A stretch of 64,000 nucleotides of DNA, taken from contig OZ316898.1 of the NCBI GenBank assembly GCA_973895155.1, forward strand, positions 14,414,330 to 14,478,329. The letters run 5' to 3'. Of the stretch, positions 62,385 through 64,000 are shown piece by piece. The DNA comes from Marsupella aquatica (lineage: Eukaryota > Plantae > Marchantiophyta). Position 1 is the first letter of the stretch. Every line of letters starts with the position of its first letter. The position numbers and the translations under genes were made by a program. Below the pieces are notes generated by a model that made no database searches, was not told the DNA's origin, and saw only the letters and a program-made list of their open reading frames with translations.

Positions 62385-62847
62385 CCCCTAGTCTAAAAAC
62401 CCTATCATTTCTTATAATTCTCAAAATCGGATTGAAATGACCATAATGTTCTTACCCCGGGGTCCTCACTTCTTTTCTTCCAACCCATCACGCACGAATA
62501 AGTATAGGGTTTTTTATTGGGTTTAATGAAATACTTTTAAATTTTTGTTGAAGAACATTAGGGTTATTTTAATCCAATTTTGAGAATTATAAGAATCATA
62601 GGGTTTTTTAAATCAAATATGAGAATATTCTTGGAATATTCTATTAAGTTAGGGGTAAAAAAATTCCTAAAAGAAACTTTATTGACTTAACTTTTAGGGT
62701 GTTTATTCCCCCAAAACTTTGAGCGTGATATGGGACACCCCTTGGATTGAGGCCCCCGAGGTTCTTACACATCATTTAGAACCAATTAAACGACCATATG
62801 TTTTGTTGCACATGATGTGCCATGTTTGCTGAAGTGAAACCCTTGAA
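62385..62847 (-). mobile_element. Older inverted copy of the same MITE family, interrupted by the 62456-62760 insertion
   Basis: 62385-62455 is the reverse complement of the MITE interior. 62769-62847 is the reverse complement of the MITE left end and finishes in the TIR-like agtgaaacccttgaa. The other TIR is not recognisable. Confidence 0.7.
62456..62760 (+). mobile_element. MITE (305 bp), same family as 39624-39920
   Basis: Ends cccggggtcctcac / tgaggcccccgag. Perfect 8-bp TSD GTTCTTAC at 62448-62455 and 62761-62768. Confidence 0.88.
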
Positions 62848-64000
62848 ATTGAGAGTTGAGTGAAGGCTTACTTCAGTTACCAAGACTTCTCAAAGGCCCG
62901 CTCAAAGGTACTCTTGGTAACTTATTGGGCTTAGCTGGTCCTTGTAAGGACATATTAGTCTGAGCTGTTAGCTGGGCTTATCTTTGCTTGCGATGGGGTT
63001 GCCTTCTTTGGGTACCCATTTCCTTTTCCGGCCAACCACTAGTGTTTGATGTCTGTAGTCCTTGCTTTGAGGTGTTGGGTTTGGCCTGTGTTGGCCCCTT
63101 GTTCTTTTTGTGGCTTTTGCATTTGGTTTAGTTATTGATGACCCTTTGCCGGATCCAAAATAAAGAAACAAATACTTGGCAAGATTGCTCAGTTACTTAC
63201 CTATTAAACTCAACCTCCTCAGTTGATAATAGTCAAGCCGGGCCTTTAGTTTTAGAAAAAATTACCACATTGTTAAGATTTCAAAATATATGATAGAGCT
63301 ATACGCTTGGACTATATCACTTTTATAAACATATTGCTTGGATAGTATTTCTTAGCTCTAATCCATGAATCCATGGAAACATGTGTTTGAACTGGGATAA
63401 CATACATTTAGAGTAAATTGGTTGATTTTCATGCAACATTTCCATGCAAAGAGCATTTTGGTATCCCGTGAATTTCAGAAATTTGGGTGTGGATCTCATT
63501 ATAACTTATGACTCATACCTATGGTGTTACCATGATCTACACAACGGAAAAGTATCATTTATGATAATATACACAAATTTAGAGTAGTATAGTCTTTTCT
63601 CTTGCCCCTTGGGTTAATGTTTGTCCCTTTCTGCCAGTTTGATTGCAACTTCTCTTTTGAATACATCTGGTGCACCTTCAGTTTTAAACAAAAACACTAA
63701 TAATAGCAAACAAACAAATCCAAACTATCATAAAAAAAGCCAAGAGGAGTTTCAAACCTATTGTTCCCCATTCTGTTTTGCTGCAGGAGGAATATTTGGT
63801 TGCATGACACAAACCCAACTTTCAAACGAACTTTGGTTTTTTGGTGTGAAATGAGTCACAACACTGCCCTAGGGTAACTCAAAATCATCACATTGAAAAG
63901 TTGATCATCTTGTTAAAGCCCCACTGGCCCCCCATGCAAAACCTGGTTGATCCAGGTTACTAAAGTAAGCGCAAAACGTTCTCAAGACAGTTAAAAAAAC

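Overview
Eukaryotic land-plant nuclear DNA with GT-AG introns; a bryophyte such as a liverwort or moss is my inference from gene and TE style and is not proven. Six host genes can be spliced by eye with consistent phases: the 3' part of a RUS/DUF647 gene (+, to 2062), 60S ribosomal protein L29 (-), the UER1/NRS-ER rhamnose epimerase-reductase (+), glyoxalase I with an in-frame transit-peptide exon (+), a GT47 exostosin-family glycosyltransferase (+), and a 9-exon ankyrin/coiled-coil/Lys-rich protein (+). Between them lie many mobile elements. One is a complete 4.77-kb hAT DNA transposon with TIRs, an 8-bp TSD, subterminal TCGCCA arrays and a disrupted transposase. Another is a full-length ~7.1-kb L1-type LINE with a 15-bp TSD, inserted in a 76-bp tandem duplication. 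There are also Helitron-like 3' ends and several tandem repeats. A ~300-bp MITE family (TIR CTCGGGGG.., 8-bp TSD) occurs four times, once inside the LINE 5' UTR and once nested in an inverted copy of itself. I found no CRISPR array, rRNA or bona fide tRNA, and no clearly new multi-gene system. The least-explained items are the MITE family, the possible spliced tail and tRNA-like fold in the hAT, a double 21-nt-arm hairpin, and a ~290-bp tandem duplication with a conserved non-coding core.
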